Of a stretch of 64,000 nt of DNA, positions 20,291-29,645 are shown piece by piece. A program made the position numbers and the translations under genes. Under the pieces are notes generated by a model, which made no database searches, had not been told where the DNA came from, and saw only the letters and a program-made list of their open reading frames with translations. Numbering within the stretch: the stretch's first letter is position 1; each line of letters begins with the position of its first letter. Where the stretch lies: contig JBAZXP010000001.1 in the NCBI GenBank assembly GCA_041659805.1, positions 576,589 through 640,588 on the forward strand. The letters run 5' to 3'. Origin of the DNA: Microgenomates group bacterium. GTDB taxonomy: Bacteria; Patescibacteriota; Microgenomatia; Daviesbacterales; UBA10151.

Positions 20291-21634
20291 TTAATTAATC
20301 CTGTGCAAAATACTTTCTCTTACTTTTTGGACTTCAGGATTAGAAATATTCATGGCAGTTAAAGTATTTGAAAAAGTATTCTGGTTTACCTCAACCCAGG
20401 AAGTTACACCAAGTATTTCAGAAAGTAACGTAAAAGGTTTTTTAAAGATATTATCTCTTTTCTTTGCTTCGATTTGTCTGTTTTCCCTGTAGGCTTCATA
20501 GAAATCATTAATCTTAAAAAGATGCTCAATATCTTCTAAGTCTTTTCCTGAAAAAGCCCCCAGGGTATCATCCAAAGCTTTTAGAAATGATTCATCTTCA
20601 TCATTTTGGGTAGTAGCTCCTCCATCATTTTGTACAGTAGTAAGAAGATATCTTAATGTGGATAGATCCTGTCCTGTTACTTCAAAGCGCCCATGAAGCA
20701 AGGCAGAGGCATTCAGTGTATTTCTGCTTTTTGCGATTGTTCGTGGACTTATATAAGGTCTGTTGGCTTTTGAATCTTTCTGTTTTCTTTGTTCATAGAC
20801 ACCTTCTACAAAATTTCTAATTAATTGATTTTTTAAAAAAAGCACTGCATTGGATGCTGTGATTAATCTATTGGGGTTGTCACCATTAACAATTCCAGAT
20901 AACTCAGCAAGTACTTCCATAGGAATGTATTGATCAGGTGCAACAACATGGCCATTATGTTTGCTATATACACGATCAATTAATACCTGATCAAAAATAT
21001 CGACTTCCGGGTTTAATCTGGCCTTAAAAAGCATTCTGTCCAAAACAGCTTCTGAAGCATCTGTGACCCTTAAATAATTTGTGGTGGCAATAGCTGTATG
21101 GAGTTTTGCTTTTTCATGTTGTTGACCATTGATGAATTCTCGTTCATTTAGAATCCCCAAAAGCGTACGCAATACCATGTCATTTGCATCCATGAATTCA
21201 TCTAAAAAGGCAAAATTTGCTGTAATAATTGATCCTTCTGTTTTATTCCATAGGATACCATCATTAAACATAGCTAAATCATAAGCTCCAATGAGTTTTT
21301 CTTCTGTAGTGCCTTGAGATAATTGAATAGAAAATGTTTGAGCGTTTTCAAATTGTCCGAATACTGTTTTACCGTAAAGAGATTTGGCTGTTCCGGGTCT
21401 TGCAAAGATAAGCTGGTGTTCTTTGGTAAGTAAAGCGAGTAAGGTTTGTGAAACTAATTTGTCTCTGCCCACGACTCTTTGTGAGACATTCTTCATAGCT
21501 CCTTTTAGAGAATCTACTGCCTCAAAAGTGTCTAAAGATGTTTTATTTTTTCCTGTTTCCAGAAGCCCCTGATAACCTGTTAGAGGAGTCAGTAAGGCGG
21601 TATCTGAAAGATAATCTACTTCAATTTTTGCCAT
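20291..21634 (-). CDS. MoxR-family AAA+ ATPase, RavA-like
   Basis: VVGRD, EHQLIFARPGTAKS (Walker A), TTEEKLIG, FAFLDE (Walker B), LLGILNER, IATTN (sensor 1), EAVLDR (Arg finger), ISPR (sensor 2). Confidence 0.9.
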   Translation of the reverse strand: MAKIEVDYLSDTALLTPLTGYQGLLETGKNKTSLDTFEAVDSLKGAMKNVSQRVVGRDKLVSQTLLALLTKEHQLIFARPGTAKSLYGKTVFGQFENAQTFSIQLSQGTTEEKLIGAYDLAMFNDGILWNKTEGSIITANFAFLDEFMDANDMVLRTLLGILNEREFINGQQHEKAKLHTAIATTNYLRVTDASEAVLDRMLFKARLNPEVDIFDQVLIDRVYSKHNGHVVAPDQYIPMEVLAELSGIVNGDNPNRLITASNAVLFLKNQLIRNFVEGVYEQRKQKDSKANRPYISPRTIAKSRNTLNASALLHGRFEVTGQDLSTLRYLLTTVQNDGGATTQNDEDESFLKALDDTLGAFSGKDLEDIEHLFKINDFYEAYRENRQIEAKKRDNIFKKPFTLLSEILGVTSWVEVNQNTFSNTLTAMNISNPEVQKVRESILHRIN

Positions 21635-21641
21635 GCTGGGA

Positions 21642-21671
21642 ATTATAATAGTTATAGGATATAAAAGTCAA
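21642..21671 (-). promoter_or_regulatory. Sigma70-type promoter of the MoxR-VWA operon (leaderless)
   Basis: On the minus strand: TTGACT (21671-21666), N18, TATAAT (21647-21642), 7 nt, ATG (21634). Confidence 0.7.
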
Positions 21672-21731
21672 GGATATTTGTGATCCTATAGTTTGACTTT
21701 TCAGAACTTTTATATAATAATATGCCTCATT

Positions 21732-22622
21732 ATGAAAAACGAGGCGAGTAAAGAAGCTTCTGTAAATTTTTTAAGTGGTGAAAAATTTACAGATTTAGGA
21801 TTATCTGCTAGAGACATTGCACTTACCAGAAAAGTCTTGCAAACTTTAAAAAAGCATTCTGATTACCCTGCGGGTTATGATATCGCCTTAAAACAGGTGC
21901 TGGATGAGCAGGATAGGGCATTAGGGTTTAAGGCATTGGAAAGAGAGCTTAAAATGTCACAAGTTCAGCACACAAGAAAAAGTTTGGGACAAATTGCTTT
22001 AAGGGCAGCAGGAGTAGTAACTGTTGTTGCAGCTATGTGGGGTATATATAGTTGTTCTGACAGTTATAATTCCCCGGAAGCAGTTGAGAAAAGAGTAGCA
22101 CAAAATGCTATAAATCAAGAAAATGAAAGGGCAAAAAAAGAACAGGAATTCATAAGCAAGTCTCAGCTAGAAGGCGAGAGAACATTGGGATTGGAAAGAT
22201 CCCCTATTTCAAATACCGGTTTCTCTTTTCGCTATATGCCAAAGAAGGAAGGCGTAAGATATGTTGAAGTTGGAGGAACATATAATTCCTTTAATATTGG
22301 AAAAGCTTCCTATGTGAATTGGAAAGAAGAGAAATCTCCGAAAGAAACAGTAGATATAGTGACATGGATTTTTACCGATACCTATACCAGGGTAAAGGAT
22401 GGAAAAGTTGTTCCACAATTAACGATTGATCTATTAGGAGATAAAAGGACATTTGAGAAGCGTTACTTAAGAATTGAATCTACTGAGGATATTGATAATT
22501 CTATGTTGATTTTTGAAGATGTTAAAAAGAATAAAGAGTATATTTTCAAAGTCACACCTGTAAATGATATGACAACTCTACAATTTGTTCTCGTGAGGGA
22601 AGAAGCTGTAGATGGATCTTAA
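21732..22622 (+). CDS. Hypothetical single-pass membrane protein
   Basis: Helical N-terminal domain, one TM segment (AAGVVTVVAAMWGIYSC), coiled stretch, beta-rich C-terminal domain; no family recognised. Confidence 0.7.
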   Translation: MKNEASKEASVNFLSGEKFTDLGLSARDIALTRKVLQTLKKHSDYPAGYDIALKQVLDEQDRALGFKALERELKMSQVQHTRKSLGQIALRAAGVVTVVAAMWGIYSCSDSYNSPEAVEKRVAQNAINQENERAKKEQEFISKSQLEGERTLGLERSPISNTGFSFRYMPKKEGVRYVEVGGTYNSFNIGKASYVNWKEEKSPKETVDIVTWIFTDTYTRVKDGKVVPQLTIDLLGDKRTFEKRYLRIESTEDIDNSMLIFEDVKKNKEYIFKVTPVNDMTTLQFVLVREEAVDGS

Positions 22623-22667
22623 AAAAGACTGCAGAAAAGTGTAGAATCTTCTTAAGGATAAATTTAC

Positions 22668-23795
22668 ATGAATATTTGGATAGATGGATATGAAGCGAAT
22701 GTACCGCAAAGACTGGGATCTTCTCAGATTGGTTTTGAGCTTTTGCATCATCTGGAAAAAATAGATCACAAAAATGAATATACAATATTGTTGCCTTCAG
22801 CACCTCTTTCTGATTTGCCAAAGACACGCAAAGGTTGGACTTACAAGATTTTAAAGCCAAATAAACTTTGGACAAGGATTGCCCTTCCCTTTGCTTTATA
22901 TTCTGCAAAAGTAAAGCCTGATTTGATTTTTTCCCCGACACATTACATACCCCGTTTTTCACCGGTTAAAAGAATTGTTACTATTTTTGATTTATCTTAT
23001 CTTCATTTTCCGGAAATGATCCCCAAGGGGGATTTATGGAAAATGGTGAATTGGGGAAAATTTAGTATAGAAAATGCAGATCATATAGTAACTATTTCTA
23101 ATTTTTCTAAAAAAGACATAATTAAAAACTATAAAATTGATGCTGAGAAAATTACAGCTGCTTATCCTGGGTATGATAAAAATATCTTCAAACCTACCAG
23201 AGATCATAAAAAAATTGATTTAATTAAAGAAAAATATGGAATTATTGGTAAATACATTATATATATAGGAACAATTCAGCCAAAAAAGAATCTGATCAGG
23301 TTAATAGAAGCGTTTAAACCAATTGAAAATCTAAAACTCGTGATAGTCGGAAAGACAAAGGGTTTAGGAAGAGAAGGATGGATGTTTGATGAAATATTGG
23401 AAAAACCTGCAAAATTGGGGATTGAAGACAAAGTTGTATTTACAGGTTTTGTGCCAACTGAGGAACTACCATATTTATTATCAGACGCAGAAACATTTAT
23501 TCTGCCTTCTTTGTGGGAGGGATTTGGTATACCTGCTGTTGAGGCAATGGCATGTGGGGCACCGGTGATTGTTTCAAACGTTTCATCTTTACCGGAGGTT
23601 GTAGGGGAAGCAGGTTTGCTGATTGATCCCCGTTCTGTAACTCAAACTGAGCAGGCAATTAGAACTGTTACTACAGATAAAAAACTCAGAGAAAAAAGAG
23701 TTAAAGCAGGGTTGGAACAAGCCAAAAAATATTCCTGGAATAAAATGGCAAAAACTGTATTAAAAGTTTTTGAAGAAGTGGGTAAAAATGGTTAA
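22668..23795 (+). CDS. GT4 glycosyltransferase (MtfB-like)
   Basis: [42 protein letters not shown]. Confidence 0.92.
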   Translation: MNIWIDGYEANVPQRLGSSQIGFELLHHLEKIDHKNEYTILLPSAPLSDLPKTRKGWTYKILKPNKLWTRIALPFALYSAKVKPDLIFSPTHYIPRFSPVKRIVTIFDLSYLHFPEMIPKGDLWKMVNWGKFSIENADHIVTISNFSKKDIIKNYKIDAEKITAAYPGYDKNIFKPTRDHKKIDLIKEKYGIIGKYIIYIGTIQPKKNLIRLIEAFKPIENLKLVIVGKTKGLGREGWMFDEILEKPAKLGIEDKVVFTGFVPTEELPYLLSDAETFILPSLWEGFGIPAVEAMACGAPVIVSNVSSLPEVVGEAGLLIDPRSVTQTEQAIRTVTTDKKLREKRVKAGLEQAKKYSWNKMAKTVLKVFEEVGKNG

Positions 23796-24696
23796 AGTAT
23801 CGATTGTTATTCCGTATTGGAATGGCGCAGAAAAAATTAAAAAACACTTACCCAAGGTTTTGGAATTTGCGCATAAAAATAATATTAAGGAAATTATTGC
23901 CTCTGACGATGCTTCGACTGATGGAACAGTGGGCCTTCTTAAAAATGATTTCCCTGAGGTAATAATTGTTGAAAGAAAAAAAAATGAAGGATTTGCTTCT
24001 AATGTAAATTCAGGTTTTGCCAAAGCTTCCGGTGATCTTGTATTTTTATTAAACAGCGATGCTTCACCGGATATGGACGCTTTAAAATATGCGCTTCCTC
24101 ATTTTGAAAACGAACAGGTTTTTAGTGTCGGTTGTAATGTGGGTGGTCTTTGGGCAATAGGAAAATTTGAAAACGGTTATTTTTGGCATAACGAAGCAGA
24201 CGTTGAACAAGAGGGAGAGATAAAGTCTCATCAAACGCTTTGGGCATCAGGCGGGTCAGCTATTTTCCGTAAATCTGTTTGGGATGAGTTGAAAGGACTA
24301 GATGAATTATTTAATCCTTTTTATGTAGAAGATGTGGATCTTGGGTATAGAGCAACAAAAAGAGGATATATCAATATTTGGGAACCTAAAAGTAAAGTAG
24401 AGCATTATAAAGAAAAGGGCGTTATCGAAAGTAATTTTTCCCGGAATAAAATTAATGATACTGCGGAAAGAAACATGTTGATTTTTATTTGGAAAAATAT
24501 AACCAGTGAAAAATTGATTAATGAACATAAAAAAGCTTTAATAAGAAGGTTGTTTTCACATCCTAAATATTGGTCAATATTTTTGGCAGCTTTCCCAAAA
24601 TACCCAGAAATTATGAAAAAGAGAGAAATTGAAAGAAAATATGCGAGATTAACTGATGAAGAAATATTTAACATTTTTTCTTCGACTCAAGTATAA
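23788..24696 (+). CDS. GT2 glycosyltransferase
   Basis: SIVIPYWNG, DDASTD, GFASNVN, LLNSD, LDELFNPFYVEDVDL. Confidence 0.9.
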   Translation: MVKVSIVIPYWNGAEKIKKHLPKVLEFAHKNNIKEIIASDDASTDGTVGLLKNDFPEVIIVERKKNEGFASNVNSGFAKASGDLVFLLNSDASPDMDALKYALPHFENEQVFSVGCNVGGLWAIGKFENGYFWHNEADVEQEGEIKSHQTLWASGGSAIFRKSVWDELKGLDELFNPFYVEDVDLGYRATKRGYINIWEPKSKVEHYKEKGVIESNFSRNKINDTAERNMLIFIWKNITSEKLINEHKKALIRRLFSHPKYWSIFLAAFPKYPEIMKKREIERKYARLTDEEIFNIFSSTQV

Positions 24697-24703
24697 TTAA
24701 GAT

Positions 24704-25306
24704 ATGAGTATATTTAAAGACAAGATGGGAAGAGATTTAAGTGCCTCAGAGGCTTCACAAAAAATAATTAACCGTTTATTCAGCTATATTTTAGATTTGG
24801 AACTCCTTATTGTAAGAATTGCAGGGTTTATTCCGATTTATACAATCAGATGGCTAATTTATATATGCTCAGGTGTCAAAATTCCATATAACTCTCATAT
24901 TCATATGAATGCTCAGTTTTTTGAGCCCTCTGGGATAGAAATCGGAGACGATACGATTATTGGTCAGGGAGTATTTTTAGACGGTAGGGCAAAGCTTAAA
25001 ATTGGAGATCATGTAGATATTGCGTCAGAGGTAATGATCTATAACTCTGAACATGATATGAATGCTGAGGATTTTCATGCAGTGAACGAACGGGTTGAGA
25101 TAGGAGATTATGTTTTTATCGGTCCCCGCGTGATAATTTTGCCGGGGGTTAAGATAGGAAAGGGAGCAATCGTTGCTGCAGGTGCAGTAGTTACCAAAGA
25201 TGTACCGGATTTTGCGGTAGTCGGTGGAGTACCTGCAAAAATGATCAAAGAAAGAGAGCTAAAAGATTTACATTATAAATTGGGAAGAGCAAGATTGTTT
25301 CAATAA
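24704..25306 (+). CDS. Hexapeptide-repeat (LbH) sugar O-acetyltransferase
   Basis: [51 protein letters not shown]. Confidence 0.9.
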   Translation: MSIFKDKMGRDLSASEASQKIINRLFSYILDLELLIVRIAGFIPIYTIRWLIYICSGVKIPYNSHIHMNAQFFEPSGIEIGDDTIIGQGVFLDGRAKLKIGDHVDIASEVMIYNSEHDMNAEDFHAVNERVEIGDYVFIGPRVIILPGVKIGKGAIVAAGAVVTKDVPDFAVVGGVPAKMIKERELKDLHYKLGRARLFQ

Positions 25307-25310
25307 ATAA

Positions 25311-25859
25311 ATGTCCAGATTAATTTTTATACTTTTTGCAATTATTTTATTAATTTATTTATTAATTCCGGGACCTTCTTCGATTAATGATTTTCCCGGG
25401 TTGCCTAATTCTGCTAAATCTAATCTTCCCGGGGATACGGTTCAAGTTCCTAATGTTTCAGGTTATTTTTCAGATAATTTCAGAGCATTTGTGACAAATT
25501 TTTATAAAATGAGTTATAAATCGCAAGTAGTAATTCCATTTTTGCCGATCAGATTAAATTATCCTCCTGAATTTGCCTATACCACTATTAAAGATCAAAC
25601 TCGGAGCACATATTTAGAAGAATATGTATACCCTTTGAGAGATTCGCTTTTTATAAATGGTTATGAACCGTTTTATGAAAACGGTAAACCGAAATTTTTT
25701 GGTTCTGTTAAATCGGATGAACAAAATGATATTTATTACAATAAAACTACTTTAAGATTTTATCCATCATCTATTTGGGTAAGAGTTGCTGTTTGGCTGG
25801 GGATTTTAGCTTCTGTTTATCTTATTTGGACATCAGCAAAGAGAGTAATACATGATTAA
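25311..25859 (+). CDS. Hypothetical membrane protein (N- and C-terminal TM, external domain)
   Basis: Tightly packed in the operon; TM segments at both ends; LNYPPE...DQTRSTYLEE...FINGYEP core. Confidence 0.75.
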   Translation: MSRLIFILFAIILLIYLLIPGPSSINDFPGLPNSAKSNLPGDTVQVPNVSGYFSDNFRAFVTNFYKMSYKSQVVIPFLPIRLNYPPEFAYTTIKDQTRSTYLEEYVYPLRDSLFINGYEPFYENGKPKFFGSVKSDEQNDIYYNKTTLRFYPSSIWVRVAVWLGILASVYLIWTSAKRVIHD

Positions 25860-26745
25860 TTTAGTAATCATTATTGTTAATTTTAATACTGAGAAACTTG
25901 TGTTGGAATGTTTGGACTCCATATTTAAAAACAAGCCTGACGGTGAATTTAAAGTAATTGTAGTTGACAATAATTCAACAGATGATTCAGTCGAGTCTAT
26001 TAAAAAACTATTTCCGGAAGTTGACTTAATTGAAAGCAAAGAAAATTTGGGTTTTGCAGGAGGAAATAATCTAGCGTTAACAGGAATTAATGCAAAGTAT
26101 TATTTACTTTTAAATTCTGACACATTGGTAAATAAAAATTCCTTAGATAATTTGGTTAATTTTGCAGAAAACTCAGATTATGGAATATGTTCTTGTAAGC
26201 TAACCTATCAGAATGGATCGTTCCAGCCAAACGCAGGAGAGCTGCCTTCTTTTATCCCGGTACTTTTATGGTTATCAGGTCTTGATGACATTTTAGGAAA
26301 AATAATTCATATAAAATCATATCAAGCCAGAGACAAGGGTTATTATAAGAATAAAACTCAAGTGGGGTGGATTTCAGGATCAGTAATGTTAATCAAAAAG
26401 GATGTAATTGAAAAAATCGGAGTACTGGACGAAGGTATCTTTATGTACGGGGAAGACGTTGATTACTGTTTCCGGGCAAACCGGGCCGGATTTAGAGTGG
26501 GCTGGACAGATGAGGCTGAAATTATCCATATTGGCGGAGCAAGCTCAAGCAAGCCGAAATATAATCAATGGATAGGAGAATTTCGAGGGATGATTTATGT
26601 ATATAATAAGTTATTCGGTTTTATGCCAGCTCAATTAATCCGAATATTTTTTTATTTTTTTATTTTGATAAGAGCATTTGCGTTTTTGGTTCTTGGTAAA
26701 ATTTTATATAGTAGAACTTATGCAAAAATTTTTATTAATCTTTGA
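25852..26745 (+). CDS. GT2 glycosyltransferase (WbbL/rhamnosyltransferase-like)
   Basis: IIVNFN, DNNSTD, NLGFAGGNN, LLNSD, DEGIFMYGEDVDYC, HIGGAS. Confidence 0.9.
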   Translation: MINLVIIIVNFNTEKLVLECLDSIFKNKPDGEFKVIVVDNNSTDDSVESIKKLFPEVDLIESKENLGFAGGNNLALTGINAKYYLLLNSDTLVNKNSLDNLVNFAENSDYGICSCKLTYQNGSFQPNAGELPSFIPVLLWLSGLDDILGKIIHIKSYQARDKGYYKNKTQVGWISGSVMLIKKDVIEKIGVLDEGIFMYGEDVDYCFRANRAGFRVGWTDEAEIIHIGGASSSKPKYNQWIGEFRGMIYVYNKLFGFMPAQLIRIFFYFFILIRAFAFLVLGKILYSRTYAKIFINL

Positions 26746-28174
26746 TAAATATTTTTTTTGGTTAGTGCTGTTTTTAATGGCATTTATTCCGTTGTACCCA
26801 AAATTCCCATTGTTAAATGTAACCGGAACTTTTGTAGCAGTCAGAATCGAAGATTTTCTAATAGCTTTAATTTTAACTTTATGGGGATTACGTATAATTT
26901 TGGGTAAAAAAGTAATCTCAACTTTATCTGAGGGAGTAAATAAAACTATGCTGGTCTTCTTTTTCGTAGGGCTGGTATCTTTATTGTCCGGAATTTTATT
27001 AACTAAGACAGTCTCTCCTTCTCTGGCCTTATTGCATTTTTTAAGAAGGGTTGAGTTAATGATGTTGGTTCCCGTAGCTGCCAGTGTTTTGACAAAACGG
27101 AAACAAGTTTTAATTTTGCTCATAGCAGGGCTTCTTATCGCTTTTCTTGTTGACGGGTATGCATTCGGTCAAAAGTATCTGGATTGGCCGGTTATATCCA
27201 CGGGCAATTCGGAATTTTCCAAAGGTTTGATTTTAAAACTTAGCCCTGAAGCCCGTGTCAGCTCAACTTTTGCAGGACATTATGATCTGGCCGTTTTTAT
27301 GGTAATGGTGTTATCCATCGGAAGTGCAATCTTTTTTAACTTGAAAAAGCTATATATAAGGATAGCTTCTTTTTTAATATTTTTAGTATCAATTGTGGTT
27401 TTGGTGATGACGGCAGCCAGATTATCTTTTGTTGCAGTTTTAGTCGGGATTGCAACCTCGTTACTTTTAACAGGTAAGAAATGGTTTATTTTAGTGATGA
27501 TTATTATTTCTATTGCAATTTTGGCGTATCCGTCACAACTTCGGGAAAGATTAATCGCAACAGTTTCGGTCAGTATCCTACAGGAAGGGGATAGATATGT
27601 AAGCCCTAATGCAGATCAACAACAGGAGAGTAGAATAAATATTCCTACTTTATTAATTCAAACATCCAGCACCTCAGGCTTAAGACATGATTCAACTGAT
27701 TCGGCGTCAACGCCTGAATCGACCATTTCTGCTCAAATATCTGATATCGTTCCGGGAGAGCCAACTAATATAACTGATTTAGCAGTGTACAGATCTTATG
27801 GAATACGATTTAATCAGGAGTGGCCTAGAGCAATTAGGGCTTTTGAAAAAAATCCTTTGCTCGGTACAGGTTATTCATCTTTGGGGTTAGCTACGGACAA
27901 TGATTTTTTGAGGTCTTTAGGAGAGGTAGGTATCTTGGGTACAATCGCGTTTTCTTTGGTGATTATCGAGATTATGAAAAAGATTTGGATTTCATACAGA
28001 AAGATAAATGATAAATTAATAAAATTCGTGGCTGCAGGATTGCTTGCAATGATGATAGCGTTTGTTGCTAATGGTATTTTTATTGATGTATTTGAGGCTT
28101 CGAAAGTAGCAACTTTGTTTTGGCTTTTTTGTGGATTTGGTATCGCTTTGAGGAACTTTAATGAAAATACTTAA
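26720..28174 (+). CDS. O-antigen ligase/Wzy_C-family membrane protein
   Basis: About 12 TM segments; RVSSTFAGHYD, TAARLS, R...W..AI..F.KNPLLGTGY, TDNDFLRSLGEVGILG. Confidence 0.8.
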   Translation: MQKFLLIFDKYFFWLVLFLMAFIPLYPKFPLLNVTGTFVAVRIEDFLIALILTLWGLRIILGKKVISTLSEGVNKTMLVFFFVGLVSLLSGILLTKTVSPSLALLHFLRRVELMMLVPVAASVLTKRKQVLILLIAGLLIAFLVDGYAFGQKYLDWPVISTGNSEFSKGLILKLSPEARVSSTFAGHYDLAVFMVMVLSIGSAIFFNLKKLYIRIASFLIFLVSIVVLVMTAARLSFVAVLVGIATSLLLTGKKWFILVMIIISIAILAYPSQLRERLIATVSVSILQEGDRYVSPNADQQQESRINIPTLLIQTSSTSGLRHDSTDSASTPESTISAQISDIVPGEPTNITDLAVYRSYGIRFNQEWPRAIRAFEKNPLLGTGYSSLGLATDNDFLRSLGEVGILGTIAFSLVIIEIMKKIWISYRKINDKLIKFVAAGLLAMMIAFVANGIFIDVFEASKVATLFWLFCGFGIALRNFNENT

Positions 28175-29639
28175 AATTATTTCCAATCAATATTTTTGGC
28201 TATTTCTGATTTTAATAATTGGTTATTCTGTGCGTCTTTATAAAATTGATACTCCGCTTGCTGATTGGCATTCATGGAGACAAGCAGATACTGCTGCTGT
28301 TGCCAGAAATTTTTATAAGGATGGCTATACTCCATTTATCCCCAGGTATGATGATATGTCGGGAGTTGCAGAAGATCCTGTAATGAATCCTAGCAGATAC
28401 CGTTTTGTGGAATTTCCTATTTATAACAGTTTAGTTTATTTTGCATATGTAATTAATGGTGGAGTTGATATTAAGCTTGCCAGACTTGTTTCTGTTTTAA
28501 TGTCTCTTGGATCAATGATTTTCCTTTTCTTGATTGTCAGAAGACAACTGGATGTTGTTACAGGATTGATGACAGCTTTAGTATTTGCAGTTTTGCCCTA
28601 CAGTATTTTTTATTCAAGAGTGGTTTTACCTGAACCAACTTTAATTTTTTTCAGTCTTGGGATGTTTTATTTTGTCGAACTTTGGATTTGGAAAGATGGA
28701 TATAAGCTCTTTTTTGCTTCCACCTTTTTCACCATCTGTGCTTTTTTGATTAAACCAATTGCCCTTTTCTTTTTATTGCCTTTAATGTATTCATATTTGA
28801 AGAAAGAGGGAAAGTTGTGGCCGATACCAAACAGGTATTATGTTTGGTCGATTTTTTCATTAGCTCCTTTTGCTCTTTGGAGGATTTGGATGTCTCATTA
28901 CCCTGAAGGTATACCGGCTTCAAACTGGCTGTTTAACGGTACTCATATAAGATTTAGACCGGCATTTTGGAGATGGATATTTGGGGATAGATTGGGCAGG
29001 GAAATATTGGGAATGGCAGGCTCGTTTTTATTTTTCTTTGGTTTAATTAAAAAACCGGAGAACGGAAAATATCTTTTGCATTTTCTGTCTCTTTCAGCAT
29101 TATCGTATTTGTTGGTTTTCGCTACGGGAAATGTTACTCACGATTATTATCAGACAATAATTGTTCCGGCTTTATCAATTTTTGCGGCTGTTGGGTTTGT
29201 CACCCTTTTTAGAGGTTTTAATGGAATGATTCCCCGTTTATTTACAATTCCTTTAGCTCTTTTTATATTTTCTTTGATGACTTATTTACAGTGGCAGGAA
29301 GTAAAAGGATTGTATCAGATTAATAATGGGCCAATTGTTGAAGCAGGGCAATTTGCAGATAAAATCTTGCCGAAGGATGCCCTTGTGGTTGCGCCATACG
29401 GTGGTGATACTGCGTTTTTGTACCAAACAAACCGTCACGGATTTGCCTACTCTGTGCTTCCAGTTGTGGACTTAGTAAAGATATATAAAATTCAATACTA
29501 TGTCTCGGTTGATTATAATGATAAAACTAACTGGATAATCAGGAATTTTAAAGTTTTAGAAAAAAATCCTAAATTTGTGATAGCAGATTTAATGCAACCG
29601 ATTTCTACCCCTGGGGCAAAGCCGGACCCTGAACCATAA
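28161..29639 (+). CDS. GT39/ArnT-like GT-C glycosyltransferase
   Basis: DWHSWRQADTAAVARNF, EFPIYN, YSRVVLPE, LIKP, HDYYQ; multiple TM segments. Confidence 0.85.
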   Translation: MKILKIISNQYFWLFLILIIGYSVRLYKIDTPLADWHSWRQADTAAVARNFYKDGYTPFIPRYDDMSGVAEDPVMNPSRYRFVEFPIYNSLVYFAYVINGGVDIKLARLVSVLMSLGSMIFLFLIVRRQLDVVTGLMTALVFAVLPYSIFYSRVVLPEPTLIFFSLGMFYFVELWIWKDGYKLFFASTFFTICAFLIKPIALFFLLPLMYSYLKKEGKLWPIPNRYYVWSIFSLAPFALWRIWMSHYPEGIPASNWLFNGTHIRFRPAFWRWIFGDRLGREILGMAGSFLFFFGLIKKPENGKYLLHFLSLSALSYLLVFATGNVTHDYYQTIIVPALSIFAAVGFVTLFRGFNGMIPRLFTIPLALFIFSLMTYLQWQEVKGLYQINNGPIVEAGQFADKILPKDALVVAPYGGDTAFLYQTNRHGFAYSVLPVVDLVKIYKIQYYVSVDYNDKTNWIIRNFKVLEKNPKFVIADLMQPISTPGAKPDPEP

Positions 29640-29645
29640 AAAGAT

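Noticed and set aside
18896-22667. MoxR-VWA block as a mobile element or prophage remnant
   Set aside because: No integrase, transposase, terminal repeats or target-site duplication seen; reported only as an accessory insertion.
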